Shown piece by piece: positions 41,801 to 52,503 of a stretch of DNA of 64,000 bases; the first letter of the stretch is position 1; each line of letters starts with the position of its first letter. The stretch is taken from assembly GCA_977030845.1 (NCBI GenBank), contig OZ365110.1, forward strand, positions 42,904,001 to 42,968,000. Direction: 5' to 3'. Below the pieces are notes generated by a model, which saw only the letters and a list, made by a program, of their open reading frames with translations, searched no databases and was not told the DNA's origin. The stretch comes from Fimbriosthenelais zetlandica (Eukaryota). A program made the position numbers and the translations under genes.

Positions 41801-42948
41801 ATTTTCATCAATCTGAATTGTCCTGCATTGCAAAACAATCCTGCATAATTAACATTGGATTTTATGACCGCCACATTCCTCTTTTTCCAACCCAAGCTGT
41901 GCGGAGAATTTCTAATCATTTTCAATACACCAACTATGTGTATGCGTGGAATCCTCAAATCCCAGTGTCAAAACTTTTCCTCCTACATCATAGATATATG
42001 AAGGTGAATTATTAATTTGTTATTCATTATATGCCTCATCCTGCCGGCAGAGTCTTCAAACATGTGGAAGCATAAGTCAGCCGGGTGTTATTTTCTTAAG
42101 AAAAAAAGGAGATGGGAGGAGGAGGAGAGCTGGAGAAGGAACGATTGGGGGTTAGATTGTAGATAGGAGGCCTATTCATCATGGCCAAAGTTTAGGCTTC
42201 CACAGTGTGTAGGACACGTTGTATGTGCTTGTATATTGTGAGACTGCATAAAGACCTGCTCCCTCCGGCCTGGCCTTTCTATCCGTCACTGGGAGTAGCT
42301 CCTATGCAGGCCCATTGTGATTTAGTCCGGACGTCCGCTATACTTTCCCCCGATCATACGTGATTGTTCATTGATCATGACATTGAAGATTCTGCTTCGT
42401 GCCGTGTTGAATTCATTCCGCTAAAGAAGGCAGCAGGCCAACATGGCCCCTTCCTGCCACTCCCCTCACCCCAACCCCCGTCCTGGCATTCACTCGCAAT
42501 GATGGATTCAATATTGATATATTCCAAGCTTTCTTCCACTACGTCATCGTCCAAGATGGATCAGACATGATTGAACTAGGTGGCTGAAGCATCTTCGCAT
42601 TTCTCCATCCATGGTTTTGTTAATGCCTCAACGCGTCCATTTACAATACCCACAAATCATGTGGCTATATACACCCCACCCATAGGAGAGGATCCATCCT
42701 TGCTCTAACCCCCCACCCACCCACACCCCTCCTTGATGCCCAGGTGTTGTGGATTATTGCATCTTCACCTATTATAGGTCTTATCGCTATGCTAACCTGA
42801 TCAGTGCGAATCTTTTTCTAAAACCGTCTGCTTGCATCTATTAACCATCATTGTGCACGAAAAGACAGCATGAAAAGAACGAACACCTGTATCTTGCTCC
42901 ATCGGGGTTAAATAATTATTTCATATCTGCAAACGGTGTGCCTCGGGG

Positions 42949-43030
42949 ATTTTTCATGAAGATTTCAAGCATGAAAGTTTATAAATCCATGAAATTTTTC
43001 ATAAAGATTCCAAGCATGAAAATAAATCTG
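42949..43030 (+). repeat. Short tandem duplication, 45-bp period
   Basis: ATTTTTCATGAAGATTTCAAGCATGAAA (42949) and ATTTTTCATAAAGATTCCAAGCATGAAA (42994). Confidence 0.75.
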
Positions 43031-43612
43031 TTAAATCCTGTTTGAATCCTTAAAACTTTTAAGGTTCATACCGAAAGTGAGGGGACATCCCCCCCCCCTC
43101 CCCAACAAGGGTCAGGGTAATTAAATGGGAATAATGAAATCCCTTACAGATATACTGATAGTTCAATACTAATCTTGCAATCGTACTGCTATTTTTGGAG
43201 GTATTACTTTTTATACAAGCAATGTTTTTACAATTTAGTCACTCACTCCTAGATGATTAATCTCATATATTTGATACTATTTCTTTCAGTTTTTATGCAC
43301 GCCCATCAGTTGAGCCGACCCCATTTCGTCGTTTAAATATGCAAGCTGTCAAAAATCAAAACTAATTATTTCTTCTCATGATTGTTCTGCAGCCATATGA
43401 CAGCATCTGCTTTCTTATCTACCGAGCGAACACCAGACAACCTATTGAAGCAACGGATTGAAAGGTCTCATGCCATGCCATGCCCAGCCTCGCGGTGCCT
43501 CGATCGTTGTTAAAACAATATTATCAACCGTTTCTTTCAGCATCCGTTTTAAACTAACCTACTTCTCATAAAAATCGTACCTCTTCACTCCCATCTCCAA
43601 TTCATTTGCCCC

Positions 43613-44178
43613 CATGTCATACACACCATTCTATCTCACCATAGCACATTCAACTTGTAACAATTAACCATTTTTTCAGGTGATTTAGTCCACTACTGTG
43701 GCCCTCGCCCTCCCTCTAGTGTTGAAGTGAGGAGTTTGGGAGGCATGGCGGTGTTTACAAAGCAGACAAGTATACACAAGGTCAAGGTGATCTATAATGA
43801 TATTTACGAAGACGGGTCTCTTCCCAAGGTGAGTGTGTTTCCCTTATTTACTACTGTTAAAATTAATGTGCTTGTGTGGCCATTTATGTGATGGTTTGGA
43901 TGATGGAGAGCGTAGGAGTCCAGTCACTATTACACAGTGGATCGTGATTTGTTTATCACAGGTCATGTCAAATACCCGTTGACAGTGATTGTCTCACATC
44001 TTCTCCATGATGTGAGCTTGGAGTCTCTGTTCTCGATTTCAAGCAGCCACAGGCCCATCAATCTGAAACGCAAATTGAAAATAATACTGAATAAATACAT
44101 AATATATTATATATTGTGAGAATCGAGGCAAGCACTACCCACACCGTCCAGATTTTCAATGGGTTATTATTCCTAGAA
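43613..44178 (-). repeat. Linker L, inverted, internally deleted and more diverged copy (L0)
   Basis: 43613-~44065 is the reverse complement of ~46725-47255, and ~44110-44178 is the reverse complement of ~46329-46395. Confidence 0.85.
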
Positions 44179-45110
44179 TACCTGGAAAATGCATCCATTT
44201 AACTCTCAATTCTCAAACATTTCCTTGTGTACCCTCATCCCTTGAAATCCCTGCATTATTTTATCTATTTTTACAGGTGCTGCGAGTTTGTATAACGTCC
44301 GATATGGTAATGGTTCCTCCTCTTCGATCCATGGCTGTATCGGGATCCACTGACATACACTATGCATTGTTTACAAGACGGCTGACCACCACCACGCACG
44401 GCCACTGACCAGCAGATATACCTATCGTCTACCTCCTCCTACTCCTTCTACTCACCTTTACAAAGAAGTCTTTCTTTCCTGACTGGATACTAAAGCTGGC
44501 AAAGTAATCAAAGCCTGAGATATAGCCTCCGTAATCCCGCGGTATTCATCTTGTATGTCCAAATGGTCAAGATTCAATAAAAACAATAAAGCTACATTTG
44601 TCCCATGATTCATTGCGCAGCCGGGCGCTCACCTACTTCCGGCTCTCACGACTGAAATAAAGCTAAACATGAAATAGAGGAGGGTGTCATTTTTCGTCGG
44701 ACAAGGACGTGAACAATCTGTGTCACGACTCTGATTTCTTAAATCGTTAATATCTCGGCAACCACTGGGTCTTGATTCAAAATGAAAAATGAAAAATCTT
44801 AGTTGGGAAAGTCTCTAAAGGGTGGTATAGGTTACAAGTGCTAAAAGTGCTTCTAAAAATTTCGAATTTCAAAATGTACCCAATTTTCACACCGAGCTCA
44901 GATCGCATACTCAGTCTCACTAGTTCCTCAAATTGCCGTCCCACTCCGAGTGGCGCCCTAGTCGATGGAGGCCGATGTCCATGGGACAAGCCAGCCGGGT
45001 GGGAAAGGCAAGCTAGCTCCCATATCCCCCGCCTCTGAGGCGCCCCAAGCGGAAAACCAGAGTATTAGGCGTATTATAATAATACATGGATTAAGACCAT
45101 TCAATGTGTG
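44179..45110 (-). repeat. Arm A, reverse copy 1
   Basis: Starts TACCTGGAAAATGC; reverse complement of the forward arms throughout. Confidence 0.9.
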
Positions 45111-45206
45111 GAGACGGAACGCCCAGCCCATGATCGAGGCCTCGTATGGTAAGTTATGGGCAATGGCCACTGAGGGTGCCACTTTCGTAGTTACCCAGTT
45201 CCACTA

Positions 45207-45493
45207 GGAGCTAGCTTGGTAGGCCTACGGACGTCCGCCCTTGGCTTTCCTACCCGGCTGGCTTGTACCATGAGCATCGGCCACCAACGACGAGGGCGCC
45301 ACTTTCACGGTAATTTGTGTAACGAGTGAGGTAGAGTGTGCGATCCGAGCTCGGTGTAATAATTGGCCATATTTTGAAATTCGAAATTTCTACAAGCACA
45401 GGCCTATAATTATGGTCGAGGCCTTGTATGGTTAGTTATGGGAATGACCACTGAGGGCGCCACTTCCATAGCTACTCCGTTCTTCCAGATCTG
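45207..45493 (+). repeat. Extra truncated, diverged arm start (45207-45399) plus a second spacer S (~45412-45493)
   Basis: GGAGCTAGCTTGG...GCGATCCGAGCTCGGTGT...TTTTGAAATTCGAAATTT, then a return to GAGGCCTTGTATGGTTAGTTATGGG...GAGGGCGCCAC. Confidence 0.85.
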
Positions 45494-46328
45494 CGGGAGC
45501 TAGCTTGGTCCACTGGCTTGTACCATAGGGGCATCAGCCATCACCGACTAGGGCGCCACTCGGAGTCGGACGGCAATTTGAGGAACTAGTGAGTCTGAGT
45601 ATGCGATCCGAGCTCGGTGTGAAAATTGGGTACATTTTGAAATTCGGAATTTTTAGAAGCACTTTTAGCACTTGTAACCTATACCACCCTTTAGGTACTT
45701 TCCCAACTAAGATTTTTCATTTTGAATTTTGAATAAAAACCCAGTGGTTGCCGAGATATTAACGATTTAAGAAATCAGAGTCGTGACACAGATTGTTCAC
45801 GTCCTTGTCCGACGAGAAATGACACCCTCCTCTATTTCATGTTTAGCTTGATTTCAGTCGTGAGAGCCGGAAGTAGGTGAGCGCCCAGCTGCGCAATGAA
45901 TCATGGGACAAATGTAGCTTTATTGTTTTTATTGAATCTTGACCATTTGGACATACAAGATGAATACCGCGGGATTCCGGAGGCTATATCTCAGGCTTTG
46001 ATTACTTTGCCAGCTTTAGTATCCAGCCAGGAAGGAAAGACTTCTTCGTAAAGGTGAGTAGAAGGAGTAGGAGGAGGTAGACGATAGGTATATCTGCTGG
46101 TCAGTGGCCGTGCGTGGTGGTGGTCAGCCGTCTTGTAAATGCATAGTGTATGTCAGTGGGTCTGGATACAGCCATGGATCTAGAGGTGAAACCATTACCA
46201 TATCTTGGACATTATACAAAGTTGCAGCACCTGGAAAAATAGATAAAATAATTCTGGGATTTCAAGGGATGAGTGTGCACAAGAAAATGTTTGAAAATTG
46301 GGAGTTAAATGTGTGTATTTTCCAGGTA
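45494..46328 (+). repeat. Arm A, forward copy 2
   Basis: Runs from CGGGAGCTAGCTTGG to TTTTCCAGGTA. Confidence 0.9.
45867..45917. promoter_or_regulatory. ETS-like site plus ZNF143/Staf(SBS)-like site, present in all six arms (44591-44642, 45867-45917, 47976-48027, 48975-49016, 51051-51102, 52043-52084)
   Basis: CCGGAAGT (GCGGAAGT in two copies) lies ~17 bp from TCCCATGATTCATTGCG, which is close to the SBS consensus TCCCA-NN-ATGCAYYGCG and is preceded by GCTACA. Motif match only; binding is not shown. Confidence 0.5.
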
Positions 46329-46729
46329 TTCTAGAAATAATAACTCATCGATAATCTGGAGGGTGTGGTTAATTTTGCCTCTACTCTCACAATATACTCT
46401 ACACATGTATTTAGTAACTTATTGAGATTTGCTCTGAATTTCTAGGGATCCTAACACCATGAAGGCATGGGAAGCATTTGGTAGAGTTGGGGAGTCGGCT
46501 CAGAATGGCACTGTAGTTAACGCTATAGTGCCTATACTGACAGGTAACCTATATGTGTATATAAAACCTTCTAGTCAGCTTAATGATTGAAACGCAAATT
46601 GAAGATATATAGGCCTAATAGTTTGTTTTAATTACTTAACACCAAATCAAAAATAGACAATTTATTCATTATTTTACCATGTCGTTTTGCTTTTCTTTTT
46701 ATAATTTTTTTTATAATTTTTTTCTACAG

Positions 46730-46809
46730 ATTGATGTGTCAGTGGCTGCTGAAAATCGAGGACAGAGACTCCTAACTCACATCATAGAGAAAATGCGAGA
46801 CAATCACAG
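46730..46809 (+). other. Candidate 80-nt exon in L, plus strand (IDVSVAAENRGQRLLTHIIEKMRDNH); second copy 49782-49861
   Basis: Strong acceptor TTTTTTTCTACAG| and weak donor CAG|GTATTT. Open in phase 0 in L1 and L2; the acceptor is deleted in L3; in-frame stop in L0. Confidence 0.3.
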
Positions 46810-46993
46810 GTATTTGACATGACCAGTAATACACAAATCACGATCTCTTGTGTTGATGGACAAGGCCGGACTAATGTTAACAACATGTGGCATGGTGACT
46901 GGACTCCTACGCTCTCCATCATCCAACCCATCACATAAATGGCCACACAAGCACATTAATTTTAACAGTAGTGAATAAGGGAAACACACTCAC

Positions 46994-47182
46994 CTTAGGA
47001 AGAGACCCGTCTTGGTAAATATCCTTAGATCACCTGTGACCTTGTGTACACATGCCAGCATTGTACACACCGCCGTGCCTCCCACACTCCTCACTTCAAC
47101 ACTAGAGGGAGGGTGAGGGCCGCAGTAGCAGACTAAATCACCATTGGTCATTCTCTCAGCGTTTCCATGGTGTTGGAAAATC
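46994..47182 (-). other. Candidate 189-nt exon in L, minus strand (IFQHHGNAERMTNGDLVCYCGPHPPSSVEVRSVGGTAVCTMLACVHKVTGDLRIFTKTGLFL); copies 50046-50234 (-), 53105-53298 (-, 194 nt), 43680-43828 (+, 149 nt)
   Basis: Acceptor ACCATTTTTTCAG| and donor AAG|GTGAGT are conserved in all four copies. Open and a multiple of 3 in two copies; length-altered in the other two. Confidence 0.4.
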
Positions 47183-47585
47183 CTGAAAAAATGGTTAATT
47201 AATTGTAACAAATTGAATGTGCCATGTTGAGATATAGAATGGTGTGTATGACATGTTGCGCTCCTATTGCGTCGGATATAAAATCGGATTAATGTGTTCC
47301 AGGCTTTAGGCCTATGTGTTACAGTAGAATCTGATAGCCAGCCGATAGCCAGCATATGTATAACATTGTGATGGGGGTAGTGTGTGAGACATAAATGATG
47401 AAAAGAACTCAAGTTCGAACTAAGGACTGTGGTCAGTATTGTGTACTCTATACGTACAAGGCCGTCCCTTGTCCATGTGCATACATGTACGTGTGTATAT
47501 ATATTGAAGTCTGTAGGCAAATACAAAAGACTGAATGTGATGAGAAATAATAATATGTCCGGAAAAAACTGAAGCTTAATTGATA

Positions 47586-48436
47586 TACCTGGAAAATGCA
47601 TCCAGTTAACTCTCAATTTTCAAACATTTCCTTGTGTACCCTCATCCCTTAATTGTTTTATCTATTTTTCCAGGTGCTGCGACTTTGCATAATGTCCAAG
47701 ATATGGTAATGGTTCCAGCTCTTCGATCCATGGCTGTATCGGGATCCACTGGCATACACTATGCATTGTTTACAAGACGGCTGACCACCACCACGCACGG
47801 CCACTGACCTGCAGATATACCTACCACCTACCTCCTCCTACTCACCTTTAGTAGAAGTTTCTCCTTCCTGACTTCCAAAGCTGGCAAAGTAATCAAAGCC
47901 TGTGATATAGCCTCCTTAATCCCGCGGTATTCATCTTGTATGTTCAAGTGGAAGAGATTCAATAAAAACAATAAAGCTACATTTGTCCCATGATTCATTG
48001 CGCAGCTGGGCGCTCACCTACTTCCGGCTCTCACGACTGAAATCAAGCTAAACATGAAATAGAGGAGGGTGTCATTTTTCGTCGGACAAGGACGTGCACA
48101 ATCTGTGTCACGACTCTGATTTCTTAAATCGTTAATATCTCGGCAACCACTGGGTCTTTATTCAAAATTCAAAATGAAAAGTCTTAGTTGGGAAAGTCTC
48201 TAAAGGGTGGTATAGGTTGGAAGTGCTAAAAGTGCTTCTAAAGATTTCGAATTTCAAAATGTACCCAATTTTCACACCGAGCTCAGATCGCATACTCAGT
48301 TTCACTAGTTCCTCAAATTGCCGCCCGACTCCGAGTGGCGCCCTAGTCGGTGGTGGTCAATGCCCATGGTACAAGCCAGCCGGATGGGAAAGCCTAGCTA
48401 GCTCCCGTATCCCCCGCCTTTGAGGCGCCGCAAGCG
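47586..48436 (-). repeat. Arm A, reverse copy 2
   Basis: Starts TACCTGGAAAATGC and ends GGCGCCGCAAGCG. Confidence 0.9.
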
Positions 48437-48526
48437 AAGCCTCGTATGGTAAGTTATGGGCAATGACCACTGAGGGCGCCACTTTCATAGCTACTCCGTT
48501 CTGCCTGATCCTATTATGTTAGGACG
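48437..48526 (+). repeat. Spacer S at the palindrome centre (homologues at ~45111-45206, ~45412-45493, ~51565-51645)
   Basis: GCCTCGTATGGTAAGTTATGGGCAATGACCACTGAGGGCGCCACTTTC, in the same orientation in all copies. Confidence 0.85.
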
Positions 48527-49435
48527 CACATTGAATGGTCTTATTAATATAATACACCTACACTCCGCTTGTGGCGCCTGAGAGCCGTGGGATACGGGAG
48601 CTAGCTTGGCTTTCCCACCCGGCTGGCTTGTACCATGGACATCGGCCACCACCGACTATGGCGCCACTCGGAGTCGGACGGCAATTTGAGGAACTAATGG
48701 GTCTGAATATGCGATCCGAGCTCGGTGTGAAAATTGGGTACATTTTGAAATTCGAAATCTTTAGAAGCACTTTTAGCACTTCCAACCTATACCACCCTTT
48801 AGAGACTTTTCCAACTAAGATTTTTCATTTTTCATTTTGAATAAAGACCCAGTGGTTGCCGAGATATTAACGATTTAAGAAATCAGAGTCGTGACACAGA
48901 TTGTTCACGTCCTTGTCCGACGAGAAATGACACCCTCCTCTATTTCATGTTTAGCTTTATTTCAGTCGTGAGAGGCGGAAGTAGGTGAGCGCCCAGCTGC
49001 GCAATGAATCATGGGACAAATGAAGCTTTATTGCTTTTATTGAATCTTGACCACTTGAACATACAAGATGAATGCCGCAGGATAACGGAGGCTATATCAC
49101 AGGCTTTGATTACTTTGCCAGCTTTGGAAATCAGGAAGGAGAAACTTCTACTAAAGGTGAGTAGAAGGAGTAGGAGGAGGTAGACGATAGGTATATCTGC
49201 TGGTCAGTGGCCGTGCGTGGTGGTGGTCAGCCGTCTTGTAAACAATGCATAGTGTATGTCAGTGGGGCCCGATACAGCCATGGATCGAAGAGGTGGAACC
49301 AATACCATATCTTGGACATTATACAAAGTCGCAGCACCTGGAAAAATAGATAAAATAATTCAGGGATTTCAAGGGATGAGTGTGCACAAGAAAATGTTTG
49401 AAAATTGGGAGTTAAATGTGTGTATTTTCCAGGTA
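48527..49435 (+). repeat. Arm A, forward copy 3
   Basis: Runs from CACATTGAATGGTC to TTTTCCAGGTA. Confidence 0.9.
49004..49156 (+). other. Candidate exon in arm A ending in AAG|GTGAGT; 51 open codons MNHGTNEALLLLLNLDHLNIQDECRRITEAISQALITLPALEIRKEKLLLK in this copy
   Basis: The donor is intact in all six arms (exon ends 44456-, 46053+, 47846-, 49156+, 50915-, 52224+). The frame from this ATG is open to the donor in the short-form copies 49004-49156 and 52072-52224, but hits TAA 2 nt before the donor in 45896-46051. The ATG lies inside the SBS-like motif, so coding status is doubtful. Confidence 0.3.
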
Positions 49436-50635
49436 TTCTAGAAATAATAACTCATCGATAATCTGGAGGGTGTGTTTATTTTTGCCTCTAATCTCACAAT
49501 ATACTCTACACATGTTTTTAGTAACTTATTGAGATTTGCTCTGAATTTCTAGTGATCCTAACTCCATGAAGGCATGGGAAGCATTTGGTAGAGTGGGGGA
49601 GTCGGCTCAGAATGGCACTTTAGTTAACGCTATAGTGCCTATACTGACAGGTAACCTATACGTGTATATAAAACCTTCTAGTCAGCTTAATGATTGAAAC
49701 GCAAATTGACAATAGACAATTTATTCATGATTTTACCATGTCGTTTTGCTTTTCTAAGTGATTTTTATGCTTTTTCTACAGATTGATATGTCTGTGGCTG
49801 CTGAAAATCGAGGACAGAGACTCCTAACTCACATCATAGAGAAAATGCGAGACAATCACGGGTATTTGAGATGACCAGTAATACACAAATCACGATCTCT
49901 TGTGTTGATGGACAAGGCCGGACTAAAGAAAACAACATGTGGCATAGTGACTGGACTCCTACGCTCCCCATCATCCAAACCATCACATAAATTGCCACAC
50001 AAGCACATTGATTTTAACAGTAGTAAATAAGAGAAACACACTCACCTTAGGAAGAGACCCGTCTTGGTAAATATCCTTAGATCACCTGTGATCTTGTGTA
50101 CACATGCCAGCATTGTAAACACCGCCGTGCCTCCCACACTCCTCACTTCAACACCAGAGGGAGGGAGGGGGCCGCAGTAGCGGACGAAATCACCATTGGT
50201 CATTCTCTCAGCGTTTCCACGGTGTTGGAAAATCCTGAAAAAATGGTTAATTAATTTTTACAAATTGAATGTGCCATGTTGAGATATAGCATGGTGTGTA
50301 TGACATGTTGCGCTCCTATTGCGCCGGATATAAAATCGGATTAATGTGTTCCAGGCTTTAGGCCTATGTGATACAGTAGAATCTGATAGCCAGCCGATAG
50401 CCGACATGTGTATAACATTGTGATGGGGGTAGTGTGTGAGACATAAATGATTAAAAGAACTCAAGTTCGGACTACGGACTGTGGTCAGTATTGTGTACTC
50501 TATACGTACAAGGCCGTCCCTTGTCCATGTGCATACATGTACGTGTGTATATAATGAAGTCTGTAGGCAAATACAAAAGACTGAATGTGATGAGAAATAA
50601 TAATATGTCCAGAAAACACTGAAGCTTATTTGATA
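49436..50635 (+). repeat. Linker L, copy 2 (1200 bp)
   Basis: Collinear with the other L copies, with small deletions. Confidence 0.9.
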
Positions 50636-51564
50636 TACCTGGAAAATGCATCCAGTTAACTCTCAATTTTCAAACATTTCCTTGTGCACACTCATCCCTT
50701 GAAATCCCTGAATTATTTTATCTATTTTTCCAGGTGCTGCGAATTTGTATAATGTCCAAGATATGGTAATGGTTCCACCTCTTCGATCCATGGCTGTATC
50801 GGGATCCACTGGCATACACTATGCATTGTTTACAAGACGGCTGACCACCACCACACACGGCCACTGACCAGCAGATATACCTACCACCTACCTCCTCCTA
50901 CTCCTTCTACTCACCTTTACAAAGAAGTTTCTTCTTCCTGGCTGGATACTAAAGCTGGCAAAGTAATCAAAGCCTGAGATATAGCCTCCGTAATCCCGCG
51001 GTATTCATCTTGTATGTCGAAATGGTCAAGATTCAATAAAAAACAATAAAGCTACATTTGTCCCATGATTCATTGCGCAGCTGGGCGCTCACCTACTTCC
51101 GGCTCTCACGACTGAAATCAAGCTAAACATGAAATAGAGGAGGGTGTCATTTCTCGTCGGACAAGGACGTGCACAATCTGTGTCACGACTCTGATTTCTT
51201 AAATCGTTAATATCTCAGCAACCACTGGGTCTTTATTCAAAATGAAAAATGAAAAATCTTAGTTGGGAAAGTCTCTAAAGGGTGGTATAGGTGAGAAGTG
51301 CTAAAAGTGCTTCTAAAAATTTCGAATTTCAAAATGTACCCAATTTTCACACCGAGCTCAGATCGCATACTCAGTCTCACTAGTTCCTCAAATTGCCGCC
51401 CGACTCCGAGTGGCGCCCTAGTCGGTGGTGGTCAATGCCCATGGTACAAGCCAGCCGGATGGGAAAACCAAGCTAGCTCCCGTATCCCCCGCCTTTGAGG
51501 CGCCCCAAGCGGAAAACCCGAGTATTAGGCGTAATATAATAATTCATGGATTAAGACCATTCAA
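50636..51564 (-). repeat. Arm A, reverse copy 3
   Basis: Starts TACCTGGAAAATGC and ends GACCATTCAA. Confidence 0.9.
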
Positions 51565-51645
51565 GCCCATGATCGAGGCCTCGTATGGTAAGTTATGGGC
51601 AATGACCACTGAGGGCGTCACTTTCGTAGTTACCCCGTTCTGCTA

Positions 51646-52503
51646 GGAGCTAGCTTGGTACGGACGTCCGCTCTTGGCTTTCCTACCCGGCTGGCTTGTA
51701 CCATGGGCATTGACCACCATCGACTAGGGCGCCACTCGGAGTCGGGCGGCAATTTGAGGAACTAGTGAGTCTGAGTATGCGATCCGAGCTCGGTGTGAAA
51801 ATTGGGTACATTTTGAAATTCGAAATTTTTAGAAGCACTTTTAGCACTTGTAACCTATACCACCCTTTAGAGACTTTCCCAACTAAGATTTTTCATTTTT
51901 CATTTTGAATAAAGACCCAGTGGTTGCCGATATATTAACGATTTAAGAAATCAGAGTCGTGACACGGATTGTGCACGTCCTTGTCCGACGAAAAATGACA
52001 CCCTCCTCTATTTCATGTTTAGCTTTATTTCAGTCGTGAGAGGCGGAAGTAGGTGAGCGCCCGGCTGCGCAATGAATCATGGGACAGATGTAGCTTCATT
52101 GCTTTTATTGAATCTTGACCACTTGAACATACAAGATGAATGCCGCAGGATAACGGAGGCTATATCACAGGCTTTGATTACTTTGCCAGCTTTGGAAGTC
52201 AGGAAGGAGAAATGTCTACTAAAGGTGAGTAGAAGGAGTAGGAGGAGGTAGACGATAGGTATATCTGGTGGTCAGTGGCCGTGCGTGGTGGTGGTCAGCC
52301 ATCTTGTAAACAATGCATAGTGTATGCCAGTGGGTCCCGATACAGCCATGGATCGAAGAGGTGGAACCATTACCATATCTTGGACATTATACAAAGTCGC
52401 GGCACCTGGAAAAATAGATAAAATAATTCAGGGATTTCAAGGAATGAGTGTGCAAAAGGAAATGTTTGAAAATTGGGAGTTAAATGTGTGTATTTTCCAG
52501 GTA
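51646..52503 (+). repeat. Arm A, forward copy 4
   Basis: Runs from GGAGCTAGCTTGG to TTTTCCAGGTA. Confidence 0.9.

Larger units (their letters stand above)
46329..47585 (+). repeat. Linker L, copy 1 (1257 bp)
   Basis: Collinear with 49436-50635 and 52504-53687. Confidence 0.9.

Noticed and set aside
45160-45560. CCACTGAGGGCGCC / GACTAGGGCGCC as CTCF sites
   Set aside because: They are one base short of the CCASYAGRKGGCRS core; the ungapped match has four or more mismatches.
46990-47616. 208-aa minus-strand ORF as a single-exon CDS
   Set aside because: It runs from arm A through intron-like L sequence; the paralogous copies are broken into shorter ORFs. Only the 189-nt exon part has splice support.
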